A program made the translations under genes and the position numbers. From Bacillota bacterium (lineage in GTDB: Bacteria > Bacillota > Clostridia > Peptostreptococcales > Anaerovoracaceae): DNA of 64,000 nucleotides. Below are positions 43,764 through 52,403 of the stretch, piece by piece. The stretch covers positions 18,166 through 82,165 of the forward strand of contig JAEEGU010000051.1 of NCBI GenBank assembly GCA_016280485.1. Direction: 5' to 3'. Position 1 is the stretch's first letter. Each line of letters starts with the position of its first letter. The notes under the pieces were generated by a model, which was not told the DNA's origin, made no database searches, and saw nothing but the letters and a program-made list of their open reading frames with translations.

Positions 43764-44483
43764 TTAGCTTCTGGGCTTGAGCATGATTGATCTCACTTCC
43801 CCATTAACCAGCAAAAACTGTTCTGGCCACCGGAAGATGTCCAGGTACTTTTTCTGCTGGTCTTCGGAAAGGCTCCCCCAGTGCTCATGCGCGATTGCGC
43901 AGACAATGAACGGCCCGGTAAGCACGTCGTAGATCTCGCCCGTTTCTTCAAAACGGAGCGCCCGGTTGAGATCGCGGCCCTTGATCTTGCCTTCTTCGTC
44001 GCAAAGAATACACACGTTATCATCAAAGGGGCAGACCTCCTCAATGATATCCGTGTCAATGACTTTGTAGAGGCATTCCAATGTCGGCTCAACATCCATG
44101 ATTCGAGCCTCCCTGCCGGGAGCCACAAAGACGACGCGGATAGGGCCAGAATTAGCCGGATTCTCGGTCTGGCTTTCGTCGAAGGCAATTTCCTTGAATC
44201 CAAAACTGTCGCAGTAGTGATAGCTGGAATTATCGGAATCCGTTGCCTTGACGGAGACCACGTCCGAGACGGAAAGGGATCTTCCGGCGTACTCCTCCGG
44301 CTTATTCATGTTGAACATCTCGAAAACCTCTTCCAGGTTATTGCAGGCTACTTCACCTTCGAATACCTTGTCATAGATCTCCGGACGAACAGATTTGCCG
44401 CTGGTCTCCAGCCAGTCGGTTCCCATGAACGCAACTCGATCGTCGTCTCTCTCCATGTTGATTTGGAAGATTTTAATGTACAT
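43764..44483 (-). CDS. YodL-like N-domain + DUF3846-like C-domain protein (from memory)
   Basis: MYIKIFQINMERD...FMG...LSVSDVV for the N-domain, and IRVVFVAPGREA...CDEEGKIKGRDLNRAL...GPFIVCA for the C-domain. This family is common on Firmicutes conjugative elements. Confidence 0.65.
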   Translation of the reverse strand: MYIKIFQINMERDDDRVAFMGTDWLETSGKSVRPEIYDKVFEGEVACNNLEEVFEMFNMNKPEEYAGRSLSVSDVVSVKATDSDNSSYHYCDSFGFKEIAFDESQTENPANSGPIRVVFVAPGREARIMDVEPTLECLYKVIDTDIIEEVCPFDDNVCILCDEEGKIKGRDLNRALRFEETGEIYDVLTGPFIVCAIAHEHWGSLSEDQQKKYLDIFRWPEQFLLVNGEVRSIMLKPRS

Positions 44484-44510
44484 AAACCATTTTCTCCTTA
44501 CTTGTCTCTT

Positions 44511-44852
44511 TTACAGATCGTCGCATGGACGAATCGCGGATCCGTTTCTGAAGGCTTCCAGAAAAGCCTCTGCAGAAATGGTTGTCGTCGGTTCTTTTTC
44601 GCTGTGGGAAATCACCAGAAGCTCATGCCACTCCGGATCGTCGTCATATGCTTCATATCCTTTGCTAACGAAAGTTGGAGCATCAAGTCCGATTTGTCCA
44701 GGATAAAAGAAATGGCTGTCAGGACACAATGAGTCTTTCGTGAGATCAAAAATCTCAATGATTTCTTCTCTCGACAGATCTCCGGGCAGAATTTCTGCCG
44801 CGAAGAGCTTGTAGTTTGATGCGTCCCGATACATATACTCAACCAGTGTCAT
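44511..44852 (-). CDS. hypothetical protein, YxYRD family (paralogue of 24747..25097)
   Basis: EYMYRDASNYK...FFYPGQIGL...EWHELLVI. GAGGAG SD. Confidence 0.6.
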   Translation of the reverse strand: MTLVEYMYRDASNYKLFAAEILPGDLSREEIIEIFDLTKDSLCPDSHFFYPGQIGLDAPTFVSKGYEAYDDDPEWHELLVISHSEKEPTTTISAEAFLEAFRNGSAIRPCDDL

Positions 44853-44864
44853 GATTGCTCCTCT

Positions 44865-45281
44865 TTAGTAGTCAAGCTGCGTTTCCCAACTATCGCTGTG
44901 AAGCATTTCCCGAGCTTTTCGGACAGCCCAATCGTCAATGTTGATATATTGGACGTCCTTCGTAGTGATGACGGTAGCAACTCCAACAACGTACCGCAGA
45001 CCCTCGTTGCCGGCTTGCATAATGATGATCGCATCATCTTCGGCAACATGGGACTGCAGCCCGGACAAGAAGGCATCGTAGTCCACTTCGTCGGAATCTT
45101 CATTGTCGCTTGCGACGCCATCAATGCAGCCGAAAGCGCCGAATCCGTAGAGTGTCTGACCGTCCCGATGTTCCTCTAAAACCCGAAGATCATCGCCGGA
45201 AACGGTATTCATAAACGCCCTAAAGGCGTCCTCGTCCTTTACGCGGAAGTAGTTGCTTCTTGTTGTACATTCGAAATTCAT
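44865..45281 (-). CDS. hypothetical protein
   Basis: AGAAAGGAAAAA SD. 138 aa, acidic. Confidence 0.6.
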   Translation of the reverse strand: MNFECTTRSNYFRVKDEDAFRAFMNTVSGDDLRVLEEHRDGQTLYGFGAFGCIDGVASDNEDSDEVDYDAFLSGLQSHVAEDDAIIIMQAGNEGLRYVVGVATVITTKDVQYINIDDWAVRKAREMLHSDSWETQLDY

Positions 45282-45299
45282 ACGATTTTTCCTTTCTTT

Positions 45300-45809
45300 T
45301 TAAGCAGTTTTTGCTTGTTCTTTGGCAGCGTCCACGTAACCGAACAAAGTCTCGACATGCTCAAAACACGCCAGGATATTGTCGTCCAGGATGTTATCAG
45401 CAAAGCACATATCGAAGAATTCACCGTCCGGCGAGATCACGTTTGCTTCAAACCAGTTGTTGTTTCCGAATGCGAGGTAGTCGGAGTCGGTTCCTGAGTT
45501 CAGGAGCCGATGCAGCTTGTTGTCGTCGCACCACCGTCCAATTTCGTCATATACTCCGCCGTTATTGGACTTTTCTGTAACGTCAACGTATCCGTGACCT
45601 TTGACCTCTCCTTCAAGACGAATTTCACCGTGCGCCTCAATCGAAATCCACCATCCGTCCGGCATCGTGATACATCCAACTTGGCCACCATACCAGGTGC
45701 AGTTGAGATGATCTTTGTCGATGATGTTGAAAATATCGATATGAACACCAAAGCGCACTTGCTGAGCCATGATAGTGGCGACTCGCTTCTTAAATTTCCT
45801 TTGCGTCAT
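45300..45809 (-). CDS. hypothetical protein
   Basis: AGAAGGAG SD. 169 aa. Confidence 0.6.
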   Translation of the reverse strand: MTQRKFKKRVATIMAQQVRFGVHIDIFNIIDKDHLNCTWYGGQVGCITMPDGWWISIEAHGEIRLEGEVKGHGYVDVTEKSNNGGVYDEIGRWCDDNKLHRLLNSGTDSDYLAFGNNNWFEANVISPDGEFFDMCFADNILDDNILACFEHVETLFGYVDAAKEQAKTA

Positions 45810-46368
45810 TTCGCAAATACTCCTTCTGTGTCTTTATAGATTTGATCGTGGGCGGGGGCAAAATACCGTTTGTTTCGCACCACTCCCACACATAGGACAC
45901 GGAGGATACCACATTCTCCGTGATTCGATCATCATTGTACCGTTTCATGATATCCTGTGTCCGCTCTCTGAAACCTACCAGCACTCCGTCGGCATTTACG
46001 CGCAAATCAGCTTCCAAAAGAAGCGTCAGCATTGCGTTGCATCTGACAGAAGGGTCGATTTCGGTGAAAGGAACCAGGGGTTTCGAAAGCAGGAGATCTG
46101 TATCGGCGTCTGCGTTCGTGATGTGATATGGACTCACACCATGCAGGCGGATCGCTTCAACGTATTCTGCGTTGAGACCCATTTTCCGAAGGTCTTCCGC
46201 GCCGCTCATTCCGTGCTTTACCCTTCCGTGGATATAGCCGATGTCGTGGAGCAGGCCAACAATGTAGGCCAACGCCGGATCCAGGTTATAATCCACGGCT
46301 CTTTTCTGCATGTACAGGGCAACGCCGAAAACGTGTCGCTGTTTGCGAGATGAAAGTGCCACAGGCAT
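45790..46368 (-). CDS. HD-domain phosphohydrolase
   Basis: VGLLHDIGY is the HD signature. The start is set at ATG 46368, 7 nt after AAGGAGG; the track TTG at 46374 is too close to the SD. Confidence 0.8.
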   Translation of the reverse strand: MPVALSSRKQRHVFGVALYMQKRAVDYNLDPALAYIVGLLHDIGYIHGRVKHGMSGAEDLRKMGLNAEYVEAIRLHGVSPYHITNADADTDLLLSKPLVPFTEIDPSVRCNAMLTLLLEADLRVNADGVLVGFRERTQDIMKRYNDDRITENVVSSVSYVWEWCETNGILPPPTIKSIKTQKEYLRNDAKEI

Positions 46369-46381
46369 AGTCAAACCTCCT

Positions 46382-47857
46382 TTACGCAGCGAATTCTACG
46401 ATGTAATTCAGCAGGAGCGCTGATTCATCGTAGAACACGATTTCATCATTCTTGAGCGTGCCGGAGAAGCCCATTGTCATCCCGGCTTTGGCGTGTACAC
46501 AATTCTTGGATTCCCGATCCAGGAATGCCTGAGAAAAATGCGTCGCACTTTTCGGCTCGTAGGGTTTTCCGTATGCCGTGGCGAACAATCCCATGAAAGC
46601 ATGATTGCTTTTTCCCTGCGCCCAGTATGACCCGCTGAAGCTCGTATAGCCCCAGCTTTTCATAGCGCTTGGCGCAAAATAAATGCCGTTCCCCAGCATC
46701 TTGCCGGTGATAACAGCATTCGGGTTTAGAAGCAAACTTGTCTTCATGATGTTCAGCCAGTTTTCGTTTCTTGAGCCGTGCCACAGTTCTTTCACGTTCT
46801 TGATTCCCTTGGCCTTCAGATACGAATTAAATCGCTCCTTCTGAGCCTCAGGAATGACTCTGTAGACACGTTTAACCTTCTGCTTCAACTCGGCCGGCAG
46901 CTTTGCTAAAACCTTTTCCTGTTGCTCCTGAGTCGCCTCATATACGCGGACACCGTAATCCCGGAATCCGTCACGCTTCTTAGTTTTGGTTCCAACATGG
47001 GCGACAACGGACATCGCATTCAGCAAGCCTTCTTCACGGTCGATGATTTTCGGGAAGTCGCTTGGCTTTGTGGCCAGGAGCTCCGTAATGTATCGGACCT
47101 TCCGTGGTGACAGCGCAAGCAGCTTCGAAAGCCGCTGGTTAAAATCGTCGACGGAAACGGCGCTGCCCAGATCGTTCCACAGCTTCCAGCCCTCCTCGCA
47201 TTGAGCTCTTGAAACCGTCTGATTCTTCAGATGTGTTTCAACAACGCCCTTTGCGTAGGACAGAAGGACTTGGAACAGGTCATCTGCGACAGTACGGCCA
47301 TCCGGCGCTGACTCGCAACTTTCGCTTTCGCTGATTGACGGTGCAGAGTTCAGATAGATGTCGGTCTGGTCTACGTAGCCTTTGGAGAGCTTTTCATAAT
47401 ACCGGATCCAGTAAAGGTACGGTTCATATGGAACCTGAAGGTCTTTTGTGCCAAAGGCCTCTCCCCTTTCGGAACCGATACGCCCATAGGTAGCGCCGAC
47501 GGATGTGGTGACACCGCAGGAGTTACTTGGCCGCAGCCAGTAATACTTGTAATTGTTACTCTCCAGATTCACGCAGGTCAGGTACGCATCCTCGTACTTT
47601 GAACTTTCGAGATTCAGATCGTAATAATCGCAAGTCACATACATGGACGGGATCGTTTTCCCGTTTCTGATGTACGAGCCTCGTTTTCCGATGGAAAACA
47701 TGGCTCTACCTCCTGAGAACCTTTCGATTTTCAGGGTGCAGGGAATTTCTGCGTCAAGCAGCATTTCCCCTGCTTCTTTCATTACGGCGCTTTCATTACA
47801 CTCTGATTCAAGTGTTTTGATTTTGTTGCCGCATGAAAAGATAAATTTGTCTTTCAC
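46382..47857 (-). CDS. bacterial PARP homologue: WGR domain + PARP catalytic domain
   Basis: WGR-like NNYKYYWLRP...ATYGRIGS. Catalytic H-Y-E pattern: ELWHGSRNENW, GNGIYFAPS, NDEIVFYDES. GTG start after the AGAAAGGGAAAAAC of E6. Confidence 0.85.
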   Translation of the reverse strand: MKDKFIFSCGNKIKTLESECNESAVMKEAGEMLLDAEIPCTLKIERFSGGRAMFSIGKRGSYIRNGKTIPSMYVTCDYYDLNLESSKYEDAYLTCVNLESNNYKYYWLRPSNSCGVTTSVGATYGRIGSERGEAFGTKDLQVPYEPYLYWIRYYEKLSKGYVDQTDIYLNSAPSISESESCESAPDGRTVADDLFQVLLSYAKGVVETHLKNQTVSRAQCEEGWKLWNDLGSAVSVDDFNQRLSKLLALSPRKVRYITELLATKPSDFPKIIDREEGLLNAMSVVAHVGTKTKKRDGFRDYGVRVYEATQEQQEKVLAKLPAELKQKVKRVYRVIPEAQKERFNSYLKAKGIKNVKELWHGSRNENWLNIMKTSLLLNPNAVITGKMLGNGIYFAPSAMKSWGYTSFSGSYWAQGKSNHAFMGLFATAYGKPYEPKSATHFSQAFLDRESKNCVHAKAGMTMGFSGTLKNDEIVFYDESALLLNYIVEFAA

Positions 47858-48055
47858 GTTTTTCCCTTTCTGCCTATTTGTCCGAATAGGCCGCCTCTGT
47901 GTCGGTTCTTCCTGCTATATATAAAAAGAGACCTCCCCCGAAATGGGAAAGATCTCTCAATTACAAAAAAAGTACTTCGTGAGAATGCCGTTTAGGGCAT
48001 AAATAATCTCCATAAAGTACATGAACAGTATATACTATTTCTGGATTTTTGTCAA
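47858..48055 (-). promoter_or_regulatory. Leader-repeat copy E6
   Basis: Minus strand: TTGACA 48055-48050, 17 nt, TATACT 48032-48027, GTAC 48020-48017. Terminator hairpin 47957-47927 plus U5. SD hairpin 47891-47872 with loop UCGGACAA. Confidence 0.8.
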
Positions 48056-48083
48056 CACGAAAAAAGCAACATCATAAAAATGG

Positions 48084-48115
48084 GGCGCTATCGAAAAATG
48101 ATAGCGCCTCTTTTT
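48084..48115. terminator. hairpin/terminator shielding the E6 promoter
   Basis: GGCGCTATC/GATAGCGCC stem, with T5 on the plus side and CCAUUUUUAUG on the minus side. Confidence 0.55.
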
Positions 48116-48149
48116 AATCAGATCTTTTAAAAAAAATTAAAAAAATATG

Positions 48150-48195
48150 TAGACAGGGGCCCTGCTCTATGTTATATTCTATTTGTAGAGCAGGG
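48150..48195 (+). promoter_or_regulatory. promoter with flanking 10-bp inverted repeat (operator)
   Basis: TAGACA 48150-48155, 18 nt, TATATT 48174-48179. CCCTGCTCTA 48160-48169 and TAGAGCAGGG 48186-48195 bracket the -10. Confidence 0.6.
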
Positions 48196-48233
48196 TGCCT
48201 GGACTATTGAATTTAAATAAGGAGGTAATATCG

Positions 48234-48590
48234 ATGCCAGTAGTTAAGTTAACGTTGAGCCAAGAGGCCTATGAAGAATTACAGCGATTAGCTGGTAGCC
48301 AAAGCATTCAGGATTACATAAGAAGTAAAATATTCGGTAGCACTATTTTTACTGTGGATGAAGCAGTAAGACGAATCCAAGCCGGGGACTTTGATCCCGA
48401 AAAATATCCCGATGGCTTTGAACTCCCCGATGTATACGGAGACGAGTGGACTATTGCACGAGGTCCCGCAGGATCCTTTGGCAAACAGTTCTATAACCAC
48501 ATCGTAGCTAATCCTGATTTAGGCATAAGTTTTAAGAATATGGGCAAGTACGGCAGACGAGCCGTTTACACGTTTGAAAGGAGAAAATAG
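48234..48590 (+). CDS. hypothetical protein with possible N-terminal ribbon-helix-helix
   Basis: AAGGAGG SD. The N-terminus MPVVKLTLSQEAYEELQRLAG is RHH-like. AT-rich opposite-strand cassette. Confidence 0.6.
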   Translation: MPVVKLTLSQEAYEELQRLAGSQSIQDYIRSKIFGSTIFTVDEAVRRIQAGDFDPEKYPDGFELPDVYGDEWTIARGPAGSFGKQFYNHIVANPDLGISFKNMGKYGRRAVYTFERRK

Positions 48591-48797
48591 ATGAATAACA
48601 AACAGATTCGTAGGGCTATGAAGAATTTCGTTAAACATTACGGACAACAGGACACTCGAAAAATGACTAACCTGTTCTCTGCTGCGTACAAAACGCCCAA
48701 ACAGAGAATTGCGGGGAATCTAAAAACCATGCATTACGATGAAAAAACAATACTGATAACTACACATATCCCTGCCTGCTATAGCACAATGAATTAA
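48591..48797 (+). CDS. small basic protein
   Basis: ATG abuts the upstream stop (TAGATG). 68 aa, Lys/Arg-rich. Confidence 0.5.
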   Translation: MNNKQIRRAMKNFVKHYGQQDTRKMTNLFSAAYKTPKQRIAGNLKTMHYDEKTILITTHIPACYSTMN

Positions 48798-48858
48798 ACT
48801 GAATACTCTACCTGCCCAGTAGTCGCCGCTACTTTCATTTTTGTTCCTTCCTTTTGAA

Positions 48859-48886
48859 TCACCCCACCGGAAAACCGGCGGGGTGA
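48859..48886. terminator. convergent-unit hairpin
   Basis: TCACCCCACCGG/CCGGCGGGGTGA stem between the plus-strand cassette and the methyltransferase. The U runs are weak. Confidence 0.5.
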
Positions 48887-48905
48887 CAATTTCACTATTT
48901 CAGCT

Positions 48906-49799
48906 TCATGCGGCCGCATACGCCCAGATACCTTGCGTGTCTGACCGGAAGCAAGGATACATCTGGAGCGTCTGCCGTACCTTCTCGCGCCAATGCTGAT
49001 TCGAGTAGGTCCTCTTGTGCCCATCTACCATTCGGTAGATTTCACTCAGAGGAAGCCTTCCCTTGTCAGACAGGATCGAAACGAGGACGTCTCGCCAGGT
49101 TCCTGCCTTGGAGTCACGCACGTCGTAATCATAGCGGCGGGGCAGACTGACCGGGAACATCAGGGCTGCATCTTTCCGAAGCACCATCAGGTACTCATGC
49201 ACGATAGGTACAAATTTTCCTGAGTAGGTGGTCCGGCTTGACACGCAGTTATGCTGCATTTTGATAATGATCTGCTCCAGCGTACCAGGCTTTACAATAT
49301 CCGCAAGCATGCTGTACAACGTGCCTTTCTTCTTCATGTCACCCATGAGGGTAAACATCCGGCCGCCCCTCTCCAGGGCCGCAAACTGTTTCATCATGCA
49401 GTAGTTCATCATATCGACGAACTCAGCCCAGTCTTTGCAGCGGGAAAGATCGTTTTTCTTTGGATCGATCCCGTATCGATGAAGAACTTCCTCCGCGGAA
49501 TACTGCTCGCCGGAGTAAATGATCATCGACCCGTAGGGCGGATGCCAGAAGATGTTCCTGGGGATGTCCGGGATGTCCATCTCAACAAGATCAAATCCCC
49601 TGTTGAGATCCAGAAATGATCCAGGAACGCCTTTTGCCCGGCAGACATCCTCTGTAGTCCCGGAGCCTACCATGTAATCTGACAGATACGGAAGCCGATA
49701 CTGCTGAATGAGATCTTCAATCAGCAACGGTGAACAGTTGCCCCGATAGGTAGACCGTCCGCCATGGCCTCTATCCGGATAGGAAACAACACTTTCCAT
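48906..49799 (-). CDS. SAM-dependent DNA methyltransferase-like protein (orphan) with C-terminal winged-helix-like tail
   Basis: Start moved to ATG 49799, immediately after the upstream stop. Motif I is DYMVGSGTTEDV, followed ~40 aa later by a motif IV variant FWHPPYG. No nuclease gene is adjacent. Confidence 0.75.
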   Translation of the reverse strand: MESVVSYPDRGHGGRSTYRGNCSPLLIEDLIQQYRLPYLSDYMVGSGTTEDVCRAKGVPGSFLDLNRGFDLVEMDIPDIPRNIFWHPPYGSMIIYSGEQYSAEEVLHRYGIDPKKNDLSRCKDWAEFVDMMNYCMMKQFAALERGGRMFTLMGDMKKKGTLYSMLADIVKPGTLEQIIIKMQHNCVSSRTTYSGKFVPIVHEYLMVLRKDAALMFPVSLPRRYDYDVRDSKAGTWRDVLVSILSDKGRLPLSEIYRMVDGHKRTYSNQHWREKVRQTLQMYPCFRSDTQGIWAYAAA

Positions 49800-49800
49800 G

Positions 49801-50760
49801 TTAAGGCGCCTCCTCTCCGGAAGGGTTTGCTGCGGCATTATTCCAGAAGGGATACTGGTCATTCGGGAGACCAATCGCTTCCCACAGATCAACCAGAACT
49901 GGATGATTACCTTCGACGATCTCCATTCTGAAATCCGGATCGTCCATGACGTAATCCACTTCTCCTCCAAGATCGTAGAACCTGTTTTTGAGTTCGCCGA
50001 GCTTATTGAAGACGCTCTGCTTGATCGCAATCCCGCTGGAATAACACGAGACGTCGAATGCTTTGAACATCCGCCTGATCGTATCAATCGCTTCATCCGG
50101 GACGACAACAGCCGGCCAGGAAGCAGCCAATGATGCCTTCAGCGGGTTGTTCTGATACCGGCGGGACAGCTCTGCCCACAGTTCCTTTTCGGAGACACGG
50201 GAAAGATCCTGGTGCTTCTCCAGATGCGGAACGGCCTCGATTCGCCAGGATCGGGGATCGTAGTCGTCCGGATCCTCGTCCATCGGAACCTCACCGTCCC
50301 AATCTTCCGCCGTATCCTTGACGAAAGTGAGCAACTTCTGCGCCTCCTTTTCAGTAGCACAGGCCGCCAGGACGGTTGTTGCCGGAGCAGCCGAACAGTA
50401 ATGTTTTCCTTCCGTGTACTCGCTCTGGTCGATTTCTTCCAGAACGAGCCAGACTCGCTTCCCAAGCGAATCAGAAAGCGCAGCGAATTCCTCTTCGGAC
50501 ATTTCCTCAACTTTACCGACGGCGACGTTTTCGAACACACCATCGGATATCTGCCCGTCGAGCTCCGCTCTGCACAGTTCCTCGGTGTTCCTCGTAATTC
50601 GAATGATCGTGTACTCATTCGTTCCGGACTTATCGGAATTAACGAGTTCCACGATTCTCGTGATGCCATCCTTCGACCAATCATAAACGACAGACGGCTC
50701 GAAGGAAATCTTCTGTCTATGGCCGTCTCTGCCATAGACCTTCCATTGTCTTGTTTTCAT
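49801..50760 (-). CDS. hypothetical protein
   Basis: Internal ATG after AAGGAGGAG, overlapping the upstream stop as ATGA. 319 aa, acidic. Confidence 0.6.
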   Translation of the reverse strand: MKTRQWKVYGRDGHRQKISFEPSVVYDWSKDGITRIVELVNSDKSGTNEYTIIRITRNTEELCRAELDGQISDGVFENVAVGKVEEMSEEEFAALSDSLGKRVWLVLEEIDQSEYTEGKHYCSAAPATTVLAACATEKEAQKLLTFVKDTAEDWDGEVPMDEDPDDYDPRSWRIEAVPHLEKHQDLSRVSEKELWAELSRRYQNNPLKASLAASWPAVVVPDEAIDTIRRMFKAFDVSCYSSGIAIKQSVFNKLGELKNRFYDLGGEVDYVMDDPDFRMEIVEGNHPVLVDLWEAIGLPNDQYPFWNNAAANPSGEEAP

Positions 50761-51521
50761 TTTTGCTCCTCCTTGTATCCGGGCAGCATCTTCCCTGCCC
50801 ACATGAAAGCATTGACGTATTCTGCGGGAACAGGGGGATAGTCTTCGGAAAAATACTTCTTAAAAAGCGCAGCTTTTCTCCCTTTGAGATACGCCAGCGC
50901 TTCTTCTTCTGTTTGGAAACGGGTCTCCCGATCGATTATCACGATTCTGCTATCGCGGCACTTTCCTGGCAACACTTGCTGAAGGCAGATATCGTAATTC
51001 ACTTCCCACGGTTTTTTCTGGTATCGATTCTCGTCAATGGAGATCGTAGCGTGGTAGACAGCGTTACTGATTGTCCATATCGGATTTCTGTATCCAGCAG
51101 GATTCGTTACGCCTGTCGTCCACTCTCGGTAGAATTCAACGGGTTCCCACTCACGGTACTGCTTGGCCGCTTCAAGGCAGCGCAGCTTGTACACGTTCGC
51201 AGCCAAGGCGTCCGCCGTTTCGCGCAGGCTTTTGGCCAAAAGCTCTTTCCGTTCCTGGAACTGCTTTATCTCCACGTCAAGCTCAACCATGGGTGAAGAG
51301 TCGTTGAGCAGGCTGCCCATATCCACGAAGGTATCGTGCAGACAACCTGGTGTAAGGGTACTCAACTTGATGTTGATGTCGCGGTATATTTTGAGTTCTT
51401 CTCTGCTGTCAAACAAATTGTCCTTATTCGCTCCGCGAACAGCTTTGAAATCCCCTTTGAACAGTTCGTTCATTTCATCCGCGGTGGCAAACATCAGCGA
51501 CGACCAGCTTATTTTTTTCAT
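50757..51521 (-). CDS. hypothetical protein
   Basis: AGGAAGGGA SD. ATGA overlap with the upstream gene. 254 aa. Confidence 0.6.
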   Translation of the reverse strand: MKKISWSSLMFATADEMNELFKGDFKAVRGANKDNLFDSREELKIYRDINIKLSTLTPGCLHDTFVDMGSLLNDSSPMVELDVEIKQFQERKELLAKSLRETADALAANVYKLRCLEAAKQYREWEPVEFYREWTTGVTNPAGYRNPIWTISNAVYHATISIDENRYQKKPWEVNYDICLQQVLPGKCRDSRIVIIDRETRFQTEEEALAYLKGRKAALFKKYFSEDYPPVPAEYVNAFMWAGKMLPGYKEEQK

Positions 51522-51700
51522 AACCCGGTCCCTTCCTGTTCTTCGTCAAAGATTTCACACGAAATAAACTCACCGTCAATATCGTGTGCATCTCCGAAGT
51601 CGCCTGTATCCCAAGCCAGCGTTTTCGCTTCTTCTTCGTTTTCCGCTTCCACGATCTGCGTATACCCAGCGGTGATACGCATACGGACAACATACTGCAT
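51518..51700 (-). CDS. small acidic protein (paralogue of 37322..37516)
   Basis: ORF 51518..51985 trimmed to the ATG after AAAGGAGGA. 60 aa. Confidence 0.55.
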   Translation of the reverse strand: MQYVVRMRITAGYTQIVEAENEEEAKTLAWDTGDFGDAHDIDGEFISCEIFDEEQEGTGL

Positions 51701-51713
51701 GTTACGTCCTCCT

Positions 51714-52244
51714 TTATATTTTTCTGAATTCCAGGTTGAAAGTGTCGCTGTAAGCGGCGACACCGTTCCAGTCATCGTACCGAACCCTTTCTTGCTGCCC
51801 ATTGTGGCAGAAAACCAGATTAGGACGAGGTTCATCTCCATCGTCACCAAAAGGCAGGCGAGTACTACAGATATACCATTTGGCAAAGTTTTCTTTCGGG
51901 AAATGATTCTCCCGCAGGTAATGCTTTCCGTTGGCATCTCTGTAGATCTCGCGGCCGGAACCTTCTTGGATACCGATAAATTCAACCGAAATGGTCTTGT
52001 CCGGATTTCTTTTTGGATCGTTATAAAAATCGTTAAAAGAAATCTTCACGACCCATTCCTCACAGAAATCGGAGTAGGTCAGCGTGGCGTGGTTTTTGAT
52101 GTAATCAACACCTGCTTTTTCCAGCAAATGTGCAGGCATGAGGATGTAACCCTCATGCCCTTTGCTATCGATGCAGATCACCTTCCGGTGCTCCTGAATC
52201 ATGTGATCCGGCGTCACGAAAGATCTGTCAATCAATACTTCCAT
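51714..52244 (-). CDS. hypothetical protein
   Basis: TAGGAGG SD. 176 aa. Confidence 0.6.
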   Translation of the reverse strand: MEVLIDRSFVTPDHMIQEHRKVICIDSKGHEGYILMPAHLLEKAGVDYIKNHATLTYSDFCEEWVVKISFNDFYNDPKRNPDKTISVEFIGIQEGSGREIYRDANGKHYLRENHFPKENFAKWYICSTRLPFGDDGDEPRPNLVFCHNGQQERVRYDDWNGVAAYSDTFNLEFRKI

Positions 52245-52253
52245 AGCAACCTC

Positions 52254-52403
52254 CTAAACAGAGCGTGTCGACTGCAGGGGCTCTCGGAAGATTTCCCTGT
52301 CCACGTCGTCCATTTCTTTTCGGAGCATTTCTGAGCTGGCATTTCGCAGCCAGTTCACGAATTCTTCCAGATCTTCGGTTGTCCCTGTATTGCTTTTATC
52401 CAT
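52254..52403 (-). CDS. small acidic protein
   Basis: Internal ATG after AGAAAGGAAG. 49 aa. 8-nt overlap with the upstream gene. Confidence 0.45.
   Translation of the reverse strand: MDKSNTGTTEDLEEFVNWLRNASSEMLRKEMDDVDREIFREPLQSTRSV

Noticed and set aside
48234-49799. The methyltransferase plus the neighbouring plus-strand genes could form a restriction-modification system.
   Set aside because: The two adjacent ORFs are 118 and 68 aa, convergent to the methylase, and lack any nuclease motif I can see. The methylase is the last gene of a long operon. It is treated as an orphan.
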